Below, piece by piece: positions 10,551 to 19,960 of a stretch of 64,000 nt of DNA (position 1 is its first letter; the number at the start of each line of letters is the position of its first letter). Source of the stretch: Candidatus Poribacteria bacterium (GTDB taxonomy: Bacteria; Poribacteria; WGA-4E; WGA-3G); NCBI GenBank assembly GCA_965242965.1, contig OZ251518.1, positions 4,498,181 through 4,562,180 of the forward strand, written 5' to 3'. Position numbers and translations under genes: made by a program. The notes below the pieces were generated by a model, which was not told where the DNA came from, searched no databases, and was given only the letters and a program-made list of their open reading frames with translations.

Positions 10551-11504
10551 CTACTGGGGGAGAGGGCCTTCGATTGCGTCAACGAGATGGATTGAGTGAA
10601 TCACGTCGCGGAGGTCTGTGAGTGGCACTTTCTTGTTGCGCACGCAGTCGACAAAATGGCGATGCATCGTCAGCACGCCTTCGTAACTCGCCGTGTCACG
10701 CGAGTCAACGCCATCCACTTCCCAACCGCCCATGACGCTTCGGTTGTTGTCCTCGTAAATCTCAATTTCCTCAGGGATTTTCATATAGCAACCGATGCCG
10801 ACTCCGTGCAATTCGGAGCGTAGCACGCGCCCACCCGATGCACGATTTCCGAAAAGCACGCCGGTGACGTTGTTATCAAATCGGACAAAGGCGGTGTAGA
10901 AGTTCCGCTGTTCTGCATCGAACGTATCGCGATGCGCAGTGACCTCCACCGGTTCGCCGCCTGCCATGTAGCGTAGCAGATCGACGACGTGGCAGACATC
11001 GTTCCAGAGGGTTGTCGTGAATTCGCGATTCTGCCCCAGAATCTGCTTGTTGAACGTCGTCACCGCAAGCGAGACGGGGCCCTTTTCAGCGACGCGCCGC
11101 ATCGCCTCGCGCGTCACGGCGGCATATCGCCGCTGAAACCCCACCATGCAGTAGACATCGTTGGCAATGGCGGCTTCCAGCAGTTGTTGGGTTTCGTCGC
11201 TTGTCGCGCCCGGCGGTTTTTCGATAAACAGATGCTTCCCGGCATTAAGGCAATCCAGCGCGGGTTGCAAAATCCACTTCTCGTTCATAACGCAGTAAAC
11301 GATGTCCAATTCTTGCGTATCCAACATCTTCCGGTGATCGGTGAACGTATGGGGGAATTCGTATTTTTGCGCGACTTGTGCCAATTTTGCTTCATCAAGT
11401 TCACACGCCGCGAGCATCGCAACGTCGTCTTCAAGTCGGTTGACACTCGGATAATGCGCGCCTTGGCTGCGTCCGCCTGCACCGATAAATCCTGCTTTCA
11501 ACAT
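10551..11504 (-). CDS. Gfo/Idh/MocA family NAD(P)-dependent oxidoreductase
   Basis: MLKAGFIGAGGRSQ Rossmann N-terminus. ATG at 11504 preceded by AAGGAG. The track's 11528 start is a TTG extension. Confidence 0.75.
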   Translation of the reverse strand: MLKAGFIGAGGRSQGAHYPSVNRLEDDVAMLAACELDEAKLAQVAQKYEFPHTFTDHRKMLDTQELDIVYCVMNEKWILQPALDCLNAGKHLFIEKPPGATSDETQQLLEAAIANDVYCMVGFQRRYAAVTREAMRRVAEKGPVSLAVTTFNKQILGQNREFTTTLWNDVCHVVDLLRYMAGGEPVEVTAHRDTFDAEQRNFYTAFVRFDNNVTGVLFGNRASGGRVLRSELHGVGIGCYMKIPEEIEIYEDNNRSVMGGWEVDGVDSRDTASYEGVLTMHRHFVDCVRNKKVPLTDLRDVIHSIHLVDAIEGPLPQ

Positions 11505-11977
11505 GGGGAAACTCCTTCGCAATCTCAACTATGATTTCATTTTACCATATTGCCGAAAATATTTTCAAGCGATTTTTTCAGGGTGTTTCATAACTCCGTT
11601 TCGGTAGTTATCCCTATTGGGAACGAATATCGAGCAAGCGATGTCCCCGTAGGAGAGACCTCCTGGTCTCGATTTTTCGTATCGGGACAGGGATGTCCCT
11701 CCTACCGGGAAAACATCAAGACTCCCGCTGTCGTTTGCAAGCACCTGAGCACAACCCGTTCAGGAGCAGGTGCTCCTGAACTACAGGCGGCGCGCACCCG
11801 AGCCCTGTAGTTCGGGTGCGCCTGCACCCGATCGGGTCAAGAGAAGACACGCCTGCCCGAGAGAATAAGTCTAGTAGTTTGCAAGTGCTTGTTAAAAAAA
11901 ACTTGACAAACTTCGTTTTTTGTAATAGACTGCATTGTAGAATCTGCACCCCGGTCTGTTTTTCATGGAGAAATTCT

Positions 11978-13642
11978 ATGACGACTCTACAAAAGAGCCT
12001 CATCGGCACCATCTTCCTCGGCATCTGTTTGGGATTGATGTGGCGCGCGGGACAAGGGATAGGGGACGCTAACCTCGTCTGGTATAGCGTAGTCCCGCCG
12101 TTGCTCGCTGTCACACTCGCTATTCTGACAACGCGCCTGATTTTAAGTTTGGGCATCGCTGTCGGGCTCGGGCTGGTGCTTGCTTGGATAAGACAAGACC
12201 GGACACCCTCTGGTTTCCTCGCGGAAGTAGTCTGGTTCGCTCGCGAGGTTAGCATCAAAAACGGCGATGCAATCGATCTCTTCAATATCTGGGTAATCCT
12301 GTTCGTTTTCCTGATTATGGCGACAATTTCTGTGGTGGTAGCATCGGGTGGCATTGCAGGCGTTGTGACGTGGCTGGCACGGTTTGCCAAGGGCCCGCGC
12401 TCAACGCAGGTGATTACCGCCGTTATGGGAATTGTCATTTTTATCGGTGACTATTCCAACGCCATGCTCGTCGGGCCGACGATGCGTCCCTTGACGGACC
12501 ATCATCGGGTGAGTCGTGAAAAGTTGGCATACATCGTTGATTCGACGAGCGCGCCGATTGCGGGGCTCGCGTTTGTCAGCACATGGATAGGCTATGAAAT
12601 CGGGCTTTTTAACGATGTCGCGAAATCGATCGGGATTGAACGCGATGGGTATTCGATGTTTTTTGATGCGCTCGGGTTTCGGTTTTACTGCATCCTGACG
12701 CTCATCTTTGTCATCGTCAACGCAATCAGTGGGAGAGACTATGGGCCCATGCGGAAAGCAGAAACGCGGGCACGCGAGACAGGCGCAGTCGCTGAACCGA
12801 ATGCCCAATTCCTGAAAGACACCTCATCGTCCAAACCCGCGTCACGTGCTGTCACACAGCCTTTTTCAGCGGTTTTGCCGCTGCTAACCCTTTTTACTCT
12901 GTTACTCGGTGGTTTCTGGATAGATGGCGCGGGGACAGGTTCGCTCCTCTCCCTCACGGCGTGGCGCGACGCGCTATCAAATGCAGATAACGTCAAAGTC
13001 CTCGCCGTTGCCGCCGCCAGCGGGTTCTTCGTCGCGCTTGTCTGCGCAGTCGGGCTATCCAAAATGCGATTTTCGGATATAGGCACCGCCGTATGGACAG
13101 GCGTGAAGTCTAGCCTCACGCCGTTGAGTATCCTGCTGTTGGCCTGGGGATTAAAAGCGAGTTGCGACAGACTCATGACTGGTGATTTTCTCGCGGCGAT
13201 GCTGCAGGATGTTGTCTCGCCGCTCTGGTTTCCTATCCTCGTCTTTGCGTGCGCCTCCGTGTGTTCCTTTGCTACCGGCACCAGCTGGGGCACTATGGCG
13301 ATTCTCATCCCCACCGCGATTCCCGTGGCATTCGCGCTTGACGGAGATGTCTACGGCTTGACTACCGTTATCTGTTTAGGTGCAGTGCTTGACGGGGCAA
13401 TCTTCGGAGACCACTGCTCACCGCTCTCGGATACGACAATCCTGAGTTCTATCGCGAGCAACTGCGCGCCGATACACCATGTCCGAACGCAACTGCCTTA
13501 CGCGCTCACCGTTGCAGGTATCGCCTTCGTATGTGGATACCTACCGGCGGCGTTGAACGTTTCTTCCGCTATCAGCATTGCAACTGGCACGGGGGTTATT
13601 GTGTTACTGTTTTATGGGTTGTCGCGGCTGCGTTCGTCTTAA
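11978..13642 (+). CDS. NhaC-family Na+/H+ antiporter-like membrane transporter (paralog 1)
   Basis: ATG at 11978 with GGAG 7 nt upstream, in frame with track ORF 11816. Polytopic membrane protein with NhaC-like conserved segments (GDYSNAMLVGPTMRP, YIVDSTSAPIAGLAFVSTWIGYE). Family call is moderate. Confidence 0.5.
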   Translation: MTTLQKSLIGTIFLGICLGLMWRAGQGIGDANLVWYSVVPPLLAVTLAILTTRLILSLGIAVGLGLVLAWIRQDRTPSGFLAEVVWFAREVSIKNGDAIDLFNIWVILFVFLIMATISVVVASGGIAGVVTWLARFAKGPRSTQVITAVMGIVIFIGDYSNAMLVGPTMRPLTDHHRVSREKLAYIVDSTSAPIAGLAFVSTWIGYEIGLFNDVAKSIGIERDGYSMFFDALGFRFYCILTLIFVIVNAISGRDYGPMRKAETRARETGAVAEPNAQFLKDTSSSKPASRAVTQPFSAVLPLLTLFTLLLGGFWIDGAGTGSLLSLTAWRDALSNADNVKVLAVAAASGFFVALVCAVGLSKMRFSDIGTAVWTGVKSSLTPLSILLLAWGLKASCDRLMTGDFLAAMLQDVVSPLWFPILVFACASVCSFATGTSWGTMAILIPTAIPVAFALDGDVYGLTTVICLGAVLDGAIFGDHCSPLSDTTILSSIASNCAPIHHVRTQLPYALTVAGIAFVCGYLPAALNVSSAISIATGTGVIVLLFYGLSRLRSS

Positions 13643-13975
13643 TATTTGATATGAGGGAAGTGTCGGTAGGTGCTCTGTAGTTTGTGATCGCCTGATCACA
13701 AACGGGGCAAGATCAGGCGATCTTGCCCTACAGAGTCTGGCGCGCGGACGCTGGCGAGGGACAGGCCCTCGCCCTACGGTGAAGTGCCGTTTTTTCCGTA
13801 GCGCGGGGGCCTGTCCCCCGCGATCGTTGGATTGCGCGAACGATATCGAGACCAGGAGGTCTCTCCTACCCGAAGGCAATCGAGACCAGGAGGTCTCTCC
13901 TACGGGGATGCATCGAAACCATTTTGAAAACAACGAGTTAAGAAACACCCTCATTTGATATAACGGAAAGGAATT

Positions 13976-15748
13976 ATGAGTTCTCGACTGAAAATCTTTA
14001 TCAGTGCCTTCGTCTTTATCAGCATCACGATTGCCTGCATCATCGGCGCACAGCAAGTTGATGAGGCAGAAGGACTCGTGTGGTATAGCGTCATCCCGCC
14101 GCTGCTCGCCGTCACATTAGCCATCCTCACGGCACGATTTTTCTTGAGTCTCAGCGTCGCTGTCGGCGCGAGCATCGTGCTGAGTTGGGTGAAGCATTAT
14201 CTGATGGCAGACGCGCCCACTGCCTCGCTGATTTCCAATCTTTTCGGCGAAGCCGTCTGGTTTGTCGGGAAGGTGGCACTGGACATGGAAAACATCTGGA
14301 TGGCGATTTTTGTCTTCCTGATTTTGTCAATGATTTCGGTGGTGGTATCGTCCGGCGGCATGGGCGGCATTGTCATGTGGCTCTCTCGGTTCGCGACGGG
14401 GGCGCGTTCTACGCAAGTCGTCACCGCTTTGATAGGCGTGTTTGTCTTTATCGGCGATTATACAAGCGCGATGTTGACGGGACCGAGTATGCGTCCGATG
14501 ACAGATAGGTTTCGCGTCAGCCGTGAAAAGTTGGCATACATCGTCGATTCTACGAGCGCGCCGATTACCGGGCTCGCCTTTGTCAGCACGTGGATAGGCG
14601 TAGAGGTAGGACTCTTCAGCGATATTTCCACCGAACTACAACTCGGACGCGATGGGTATTCCATGTTTTTTGATGCGCTCGGGTTTCGGTTTTACTGCAT
14701 CCTGACGATTATCTTCGTCATCATCAACGCAATCAGCGGCCGCGATTACGGTGCGATGCGCAAGGCATCAAACCGCGCGCGGGAGACAGGCGCGGTTGCC
14801 GCACCGAATGCCAAAATGCTCGGCGATCCTTCTTCTTTCACGAGCACGTCAAACGTCCACATGCAACCATTGTCCGCAATCTTACCACTCCTCACCTTGT
14901 TCACGATACTCTTGAGTGGGCTTTGGCTCACCGCCGTTTGGACGAGAGGTGAAGGAACAGGATTCATTTTTTCTCCTGCCGCGTGGCAAGCCGTGCTGGC
15001 GAACGTCAAAGCAGAGGGGAGAGAGCTCGGATTTATCCTCTCGCTTTCCGCATGGAGAAACGTGCTGACGACGCTGCAGACGGTGCAGATTCTACGGATG
15101 CTCGCCTGCGCAGCGTGCGGCTCACTCATCGTCGCAATTCTCTGCGCGCGCGGGTTATCAAAGCTACAATCTCTGGACATCCGCACCGCCGTTTTGGCGG
15201 GCCTCAAAGGGAGTCTTGTCCCCTTGGGAATTCTCGTCTTCGTCTGGGGTCTGAAAACCGGATGCAAGCGGTTGGAAACGGGACAATTCCTCGCGCTTAT
15301 TCTTGAAGGGAAGGTGCCGGCATTGGTATTCCCAATGCTCGTTTTTGCAACAGGGGCTGCATGCTCTTTTGCTACCGGTTCCAGTTGGAGCACAATGGCG
15401 ATTCTCATCCCCACCGCGATTCCCGTGGCGTATGCGATGGATGGCAACACCTATGGGTTGACGACGCTGATATGTCTCGGTGCGACACTAGACGGTTCTA
15501 TCTTCGGAGACCACTGCTCGCCGATTTCCGATACGACGGTTTTCAGCGCGATTGCCAGCAGCTGCGATCCGCTACACCACGTCCGAACGCAATTGCCTTA
15601 TGCGATTACGGTTGCGTTCATTGCGTTAGTGTGCGGCTATTTTCTCGCCGCGCTAGGCTTTTTCTCGCCGCTCTGCATTCTCATCGGCACAGGCGTGATT
15701 GCGCTGCTCTTTTTCGGTTTATGTCGCCTGCGCGATGCGGCGGCATGA
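13976..15748 (+). CDS. NhaC-family Na+/H+ antiporter-like membrane transporter (paralog 2)
   Basis: 590 aa. About 60% identical to the upstream paralog over the core (same GDYTSAMLTGPSMRP, YIVDSTSAPITGLAFVSTWIG blocks) with an extra insert. Confidence 0.5.
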   Translation: MSSRLKIFISAFVFISITIACIIGAQQVDEAEGLVWYSVIPPLLAVTLAILTARFFLSLSVAVGASIVLSWVKHYLMADAPTASLISNLFGEAVWFVGKVALDMENIWMAIFVFLILSMISVVVSSGGMGGIVMWLSRFATGARSTQVVTALIGVFVFIGDYTSAMLTGPSMRPMTDRFRVSREKLAYIVDSTSAPITGLAFVSTWIGVEVGLFSDISTELQLGRDGYSMFFDALGFRFYCILTIIFVIINAISGRDYGAMRKASNRARETGAVAAPNAKMLGDPSSFTSTSNVHMQPLSAILPLLTLFTILLSGLWLTAVWTRGEGTGFIFSPAAWQAVLANVKAEGRELGFILSLSAWRNVLTTLQTVQILRMLACAACGSLIVAILCARGLSKLQSLDIRTAVLAGLKGSLVPLGILVFVWGLKTGCKRLETGQFLALILEGKVPALVFPMLVFATGAACSFATGSSWSTMAILIPTAIPVAYAMDGNTYGLTTLICLGATLDGSIFGDHCSPISDTTVFSAIASSCDPLHHVRTQLPYAITVAFIALVCGYFLAALGFFSPLCILIGTGVIALLFFGLCRLRDAAA

Positions 15749-15767
15749 GTCGTGCAGCCGTTTTCGC

Positions 15768-16667
15768 CTATGAATTCCTATCGGGAAACCGTAGGAACCG
15801 CTTCGCAGTGCCGCCCATGATGTCGGCTAACTCCGATGCCGCGAGATTCGGCAGCAACTTTTCGATGACGGTAGTGAGCGCGCCGTATCCCGGGTCTTCC
15901 AAAATCCACGGAAAATCGGTTGCCCACATCAGCCGCCTCGCACCGAAGTCCTTCAGCAGGCTTCGGTGCCACCCTGCTAAGTCTTGATAGGGAAAATCGG
16001 CGTTGCTAAACGCATATTGCCCGGAGAGATGCACGGTGACGTTCTCGAATCGCGCCAACCGATAGGTGGTGTGCATCGCGAGGTTGTAGCCGGTTACCTG
16101 AATGCGCGGCCGTCCCTTCTCATCCCAACTGAATTTGCCTTTCCCGGGAGTCATGCCGAGGTGGTTAAGGACAACCCGCACCTGCGGAAATTCTTGAATC
16201 AGATAGGGCAGCAGGTGGGCATCGATGGCACGCGGATAGAGCCACAACACGTAATCCCGCTCCGCGGCGCACTGCCAGATGGGATACGTTTTAAACTCGC
16301 GCACATTCATTTTCGCAAAAATATCCCGCGGCCCGCCTAGTTCAGAGAGCCGAAACCCGATGATGCCGGGATGGCTCGCTAATTCTGTCATAAACGCTGC
16401 AGGCGAAGGATGTGCCGGTGGGATAAGCCCGATGCCTAAAAACCGCTCCGGGTAAGCGCGCAAGCAGTGCAGCAGATACCGATGCTGTGCTAGACTCGTT
16501 CCGCCTATCTGAACGAGCACCGCCTGCGAGATCTGGTGTTGTTCCATTTCCGCCAGTAGTTTTTCGACCGGTTCCTCGCGTTCAGCGGGACAAACCGGTG
16601 TGGTTTCGCGCGGAAATTCGGGGGTGACTTTTGTAAATACGTGCAGATGCGCATCAATTCGAGTCAT
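15768..16667 (-). CDS. amidohydrolase-2 family metal-dependent hydrolase
   Basis: 299 aa starting MTRIDAHLHVF. Amidohydrolase_2-like TIM barrel. Confidence 0.65.
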   Translation of the reverse strand: MTRIDAHLHVFTKVTPEFPRETTPVCPAEREEPVEKLLAEMEQHQISQAVLVQIGGTSLAQHRYLLHCLRAYPERFLGIGLIPPAHPSPAAFMTELASHPGIIGFRLSELGGPRDIFAKMNVREFKTYPIWQCAAERDYVLWLYPRAIDAHLLPYLIQEFPQVRVVLNHLGMTPGKGKFSWDEKGRPRIQVTGYNLAMHTTYRLARFENVTVHLSGQYAFSNADFPYQDLAGWHRSLLKDFGARRLMWATDFPWILEDPGYGALTTVIEKLLPNLAASELADIMGGTAKRFLRFPDRNS

Positions 16668-17262
16668 TTTAGTTGATTCCTCTTATTACGAAAAAAAACG
16701 GCACGTCATCGTAGGCTTGGGCCCTCGCATGCCACACGCGCAGGCGAGCGGGTTTCCCTCGCCATCGTTTTGCTGTCAGACTGCCTCACCTCTGTAGTTC
16801 AGGATCGCCTAATCCTGAACTGTTTGTGATCTGGCGATCACAAACTACAGAGAGGGCGCGCGAAAAAAAACGGCACGTCATCGTAGGGCTTGGGCCCTCG
16901 GATGCCACACGCGCATCCGAGCGGGTTTCCCTCGCCATGCACGCGCACTCCAACGTTCGCGGGGGACAGGCCCCCGCGCTACGGGAAAAAAACGGCACGT
17001 CATCGTAGGGCTTGGGCCCTCGGATGCCACACGCGCATCCGAGCGGGTTTCCCTCGCCATGCACGCGCACTCCAACGCTCGCGGGGGACAGGCCCCCGCG
17101 CTACGATGAAAAAAACGCCACCCCTGCACCGTAGGGCGAGAGCCTGTCCCTCGCCATGCTCCGGTCTGTCAAACGCTCGCGGGGGACAGGCCCCCGCGCT
17201 ACGGGAACATCGAGACTAGAGGTCTCTCCTACCGGGAAGAATTCGAGACCAGGAGGTCTCTC

Positions 17263-17976
17263 CTACTGCAAACTGAACAACTGCCGTCGTGCAAGGGTGG
17301 TGCAATGCGCCGAGATAGCCGCGAACTGGTTTGGGCCGATGCGGCCCGGTGTGCGTTTCTCATAAATCAGGATAATCGATTTCCGCGGCACATCCGAATG
17401 GTTGTCCATAGACACATGCCATCCGTAAGAGTTGAACATAATCGCCGTGCCGGCTTTACCGGGGAAAGTTTTGTGTCCCGGCATACTCTCTTGCCGCTGC
17501 GGGCGCGTATAAGGACCGGCGTTCGGCTTATGACTGCCAGGCACATAAGCAAATTCACCGCATCCCGATGGGACATCATTGACGTAGATTTGCACCTTAA
17601 TATGCAGCGGGTTGCTCTGAGCAACATCCGGGTGCCATCCCGTGTAACTCACGGGCCACGGGGCCACCGTCCGGACTTGGGGTGCAAGCAGAATCAGTTC
17701 ATCGTCTGTGAACTCCATCAACGCGCCGTAATAGCTGGGATAGTCGACGATGTCAATGAAAACCGGGTCCTTCTCAAAAGGGTTTGGGATGTCGTAAAAG
17801 GTAGCGGCGGCTTCGCCAGCCTCAACCCTATCCAACCATTCCGCCTTGCCGGCATCAGCCCAGTAATCAAAGGCGGTTTGGAGTCGTTTCAAATCTTCGC
17901 CTTGAATTGCGTTTTCAAAGACGAGGTATCCTTCGTTTTCCCATCGCGCTTTTTGCGCCGCATCCGGTCGAATCAT
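17263..17976 (-). CDS. phytanoyl-CoA dioxygenase (PhyH) family oxygenase, second paralog
   Basis: 237 aa with PhyH-like N-terminus (NEGYLVFENAI). AGGAGG RBS. Confidence 0.65.
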   Translation of the reverse strand: MIRPDAAQKARWENEGYLVFENAIQGEDLKRLQTAFDYWADAGKAEWLDRVEAGEAAATFYDIPNPFEKDPVFIDIVDYPSYYGALMEFTDDELILLAPQVRTVAPWPVSYTGWHPDVAQSNPLHIKVQIYVNDVPSGCGEFAYVPGSHKPNAGPYTRPQRQESMPGHKTFPGKAGTAIMFNSYGWHVSMDNHSDVPRKSIILIYEKRTPGRIGPNQFAAISAHCTTLARRQLFSLQ

Positions 17977-17986
17977 GATGTGCCTC

Positions 17987-19030
17987 CTATTTTATTTTAC
18001 CTCTGCCTGCAATTCGCCAGAACGTCTCAACGTTGTCACCACGCACCCCGGCGAGTTCCTCGTGGAGGTTGCTCGTCATACCTTGGTGTAGCGGAATAAC
18101 GGATAGCCGTTCGCCGACCTGAAACCGATGCGAACATCCGCTGACATCGATGTGTCCATGCTCAACCGACATGCCATAAATCTTCGCATGGGGATGCTCA
18201 ATGATATGGCCGTAAGGGTTCGGCGGGTAACTGGTAAACGTCTTTTGTCCACCATCAACGATAATCCTATCGGGTGTCGGCGTGCTGACGACGGTGACGA
18301 TGACGCGAAGCGCGCACCGCTGCGGATGCAACATCTCCGAATTGCCGATGCGTGTCATGCCTTCGTAGACATAGGAGCCGCTGCGCGTCTCGGTGCAGCC
18401 GAGTTCTTTAGAGGCTTTCTCCGCGCCTGTGCCGCCGCCGCTGATAACGTTGATAGGGATGCCATCGCGCGTCAGGAGGGAGACTGTCTCGTCAAGGAAC
18501 GGTTTCGCGCGCGGACTGCTCGGGTAAGTCATCACCCCTTGAAAATCAATTCCCGGCATTGCGACAACCTTCCGCGCGAGAGACTGCGCCTTTTGCGGCG
18601 AATCGACACCGCAACGTCCACCGCCGGTATCCAATTCAATCAGCACCGGCACGACGCATCTGTCTGCGGCTGCTTGCTGAGAGATACCCGTCGCTGTCTC
18701 TTCGGAATCGAGTGCCACCGTAATGCGAGCGCGCCTCAGCAAGAATGTCAAGCGTTTTAGTTTCTGCATTCCGATGATATTGTAGGGAATAAGGATGTCG
18801 TCAATATCTGCCGCCACCATCGCCTCTGCCTCGCCGAGTTTTTGGCAGGTAATCCCTTGTGAGCCCGCTGCGATTTGCATGCGCGCGATATCGGGCACCT
18901 TATGCGTTTTGGAATGCACGCGGAGTGGAATGCCGAGTTGTTTGCAATGCGCCGCCATCTCGTTGATATTACGTTCCAGCACGTCCAAATCGACGACGAG
19001 TGCCGGGGTATCCAAGTCTGTGATGTGCAT
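17987..19030 (-). CDS. D-serine dehydratase-like / D-threonine aldolase (alanine-racemase N-terminal domain, PLP)
   Basis: 347 aa. N-terminal TIM-barrel PLP motif (LRVHSKTHK) and a C-terminal D-serine-dehydratase-like beta domain. Confidence 0.65.
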   Translation of the reverse strand: MHITDLDTPALVVDLDVLERNINEMAAHCKQLGIPLRVHSKTHKVPDIARMQIAAGSQGITCQKLGEAEAMVAADIDDILIPYNIIGMQKLKRLTFLLRRARITVALDSEETATGISQQAAADRCVVPVLIELDTGGGRCGVDSPQKAQSLARKVVAMPGIDFQGVMTYPSSPRAKPFLDETVSLLTRDGIPINVISGGGTGAEKASKELGCTETRSGSYVYEGMTRIGNSEMLHPQRCALRVIVTVVSTPTPDRIIVDGGQKTFTSYPPNPYGHIIEHPHAKIYGMSVEHGHIDVSGCSHRFQVGERLSVIPLHQGMTSNLHEELAGVRGDNVETFWRIAGRGKIK

Positions 19031-19079
19031 CTCTTTTCTCCCCAGAGGATGTTTAGGGTTAGTTTAGCATTGGATGGGA

Positions 19080-19905
19080 TTTTTGTCAATTTTATTGAGC
19101 AGGATTTCCAGGATTGAGCAGGATTTACAAGATTATACGAGCAGGATTTACAAGATTATACGAGCAGGATTTACAAGATTTGGCAAGATTATTTTTTCTT
19201 GTAAATCTTGTGTAATCGTGATAATTCTGCTCATGATGTGGCGAGGGTGTTTCATATCTCGGTGGCTTCCCTGTAGGAGAGACCTCCCGGTCTCGATGCA
19301 CGCGATGTCTTCCCTGTAGGAGAGACCTCCTGGTCTCGATGTGCCCGTAGCGCGGGGGACAGGCCCCCGCGAGCTCCATCGTCAAGGGGTGGCGTTTTAG
19401 GTCCTTTAGGTCCTACATGTCTATAGAAACACGTGTCGTGCCGTTTTCAAGGTCCTTTAGGTCCTTAATAAAAAACGCGCCGCATGTCAAAACCTATTAA
19501 GGACCTAAAGGACCTTCGCGTTCTTCGCGTTCGCGCGTGCTATAGACATTAAGGTCCTACGGACCTAAGAACCGTTTTTTCATCGTAGGGCGGGGCCCTC
19601 GGATGCCATCCGCGCATCCGAGCGGGTTTCCCCCGCGAGCGTTGGAGTGCGCGGACGATGGCGAGGGACAGGCCCTCGCCCTACGATGAACGGGGGTTTT
19701 CTGCCGCCGCGGCACAAGGCGGTGCGCCGCCCTATTGCATCGAGACCAGGAGGTCTCTCCTACCCGGAAAATATCAAGATATGAAACACCCTCCATCATC
19801 TTGTAAATCTGGTATAATCTTGCAAATCCTGCTCATATTCTGGTATAATCTTGCAAATCCTGCTCATATTCTGCTCAAATCCTGCTCAAAGAACGTAAAT
19901 CGCCT
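19080..19905. repeat. ~825-bp inverted-symmetric composite of nested repeat families F-G-B-A-C-A'-B'-G'-F' filling the whole intergenic region
   Basis: The left half (19080-19380) and right half (19560-19905) carry the same families in inverted order and orientation around a central family-C block (AAGGTCCTTTAGGTCC / TCTATAG, 19385-19575). Confidence 0.7.
19810..19849 (+). promoter_or_regulatory. two extended -10 like boxes (TGGTATAAT) carried on family-F repeat units upstream of the BatA-like gene
   Basis: TGGTATAAT at 19810-19818 and 19841-19849, 110-150 nt upstream of ATG 19961. Confidence 0.3.
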
Positions 19906-19960
19906 TGACAATAATAGTGCAATCACGTTATAATGTTTTTTGAAAGGAATCATAACAACA

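Noticed and set aside
11816-11977. Long N-terminal extensions in track ORFs
   Set aside because: The track counts GTG/TTG immediately after a stop as Met. Affected ORFs: 11816, 19940, 30493, 33771, 34629, 40596, 43902, 51898, 54477, 61020. Downstream ATG or GTG with Shine-Dalgarno and conserved family N-termini were preferred.
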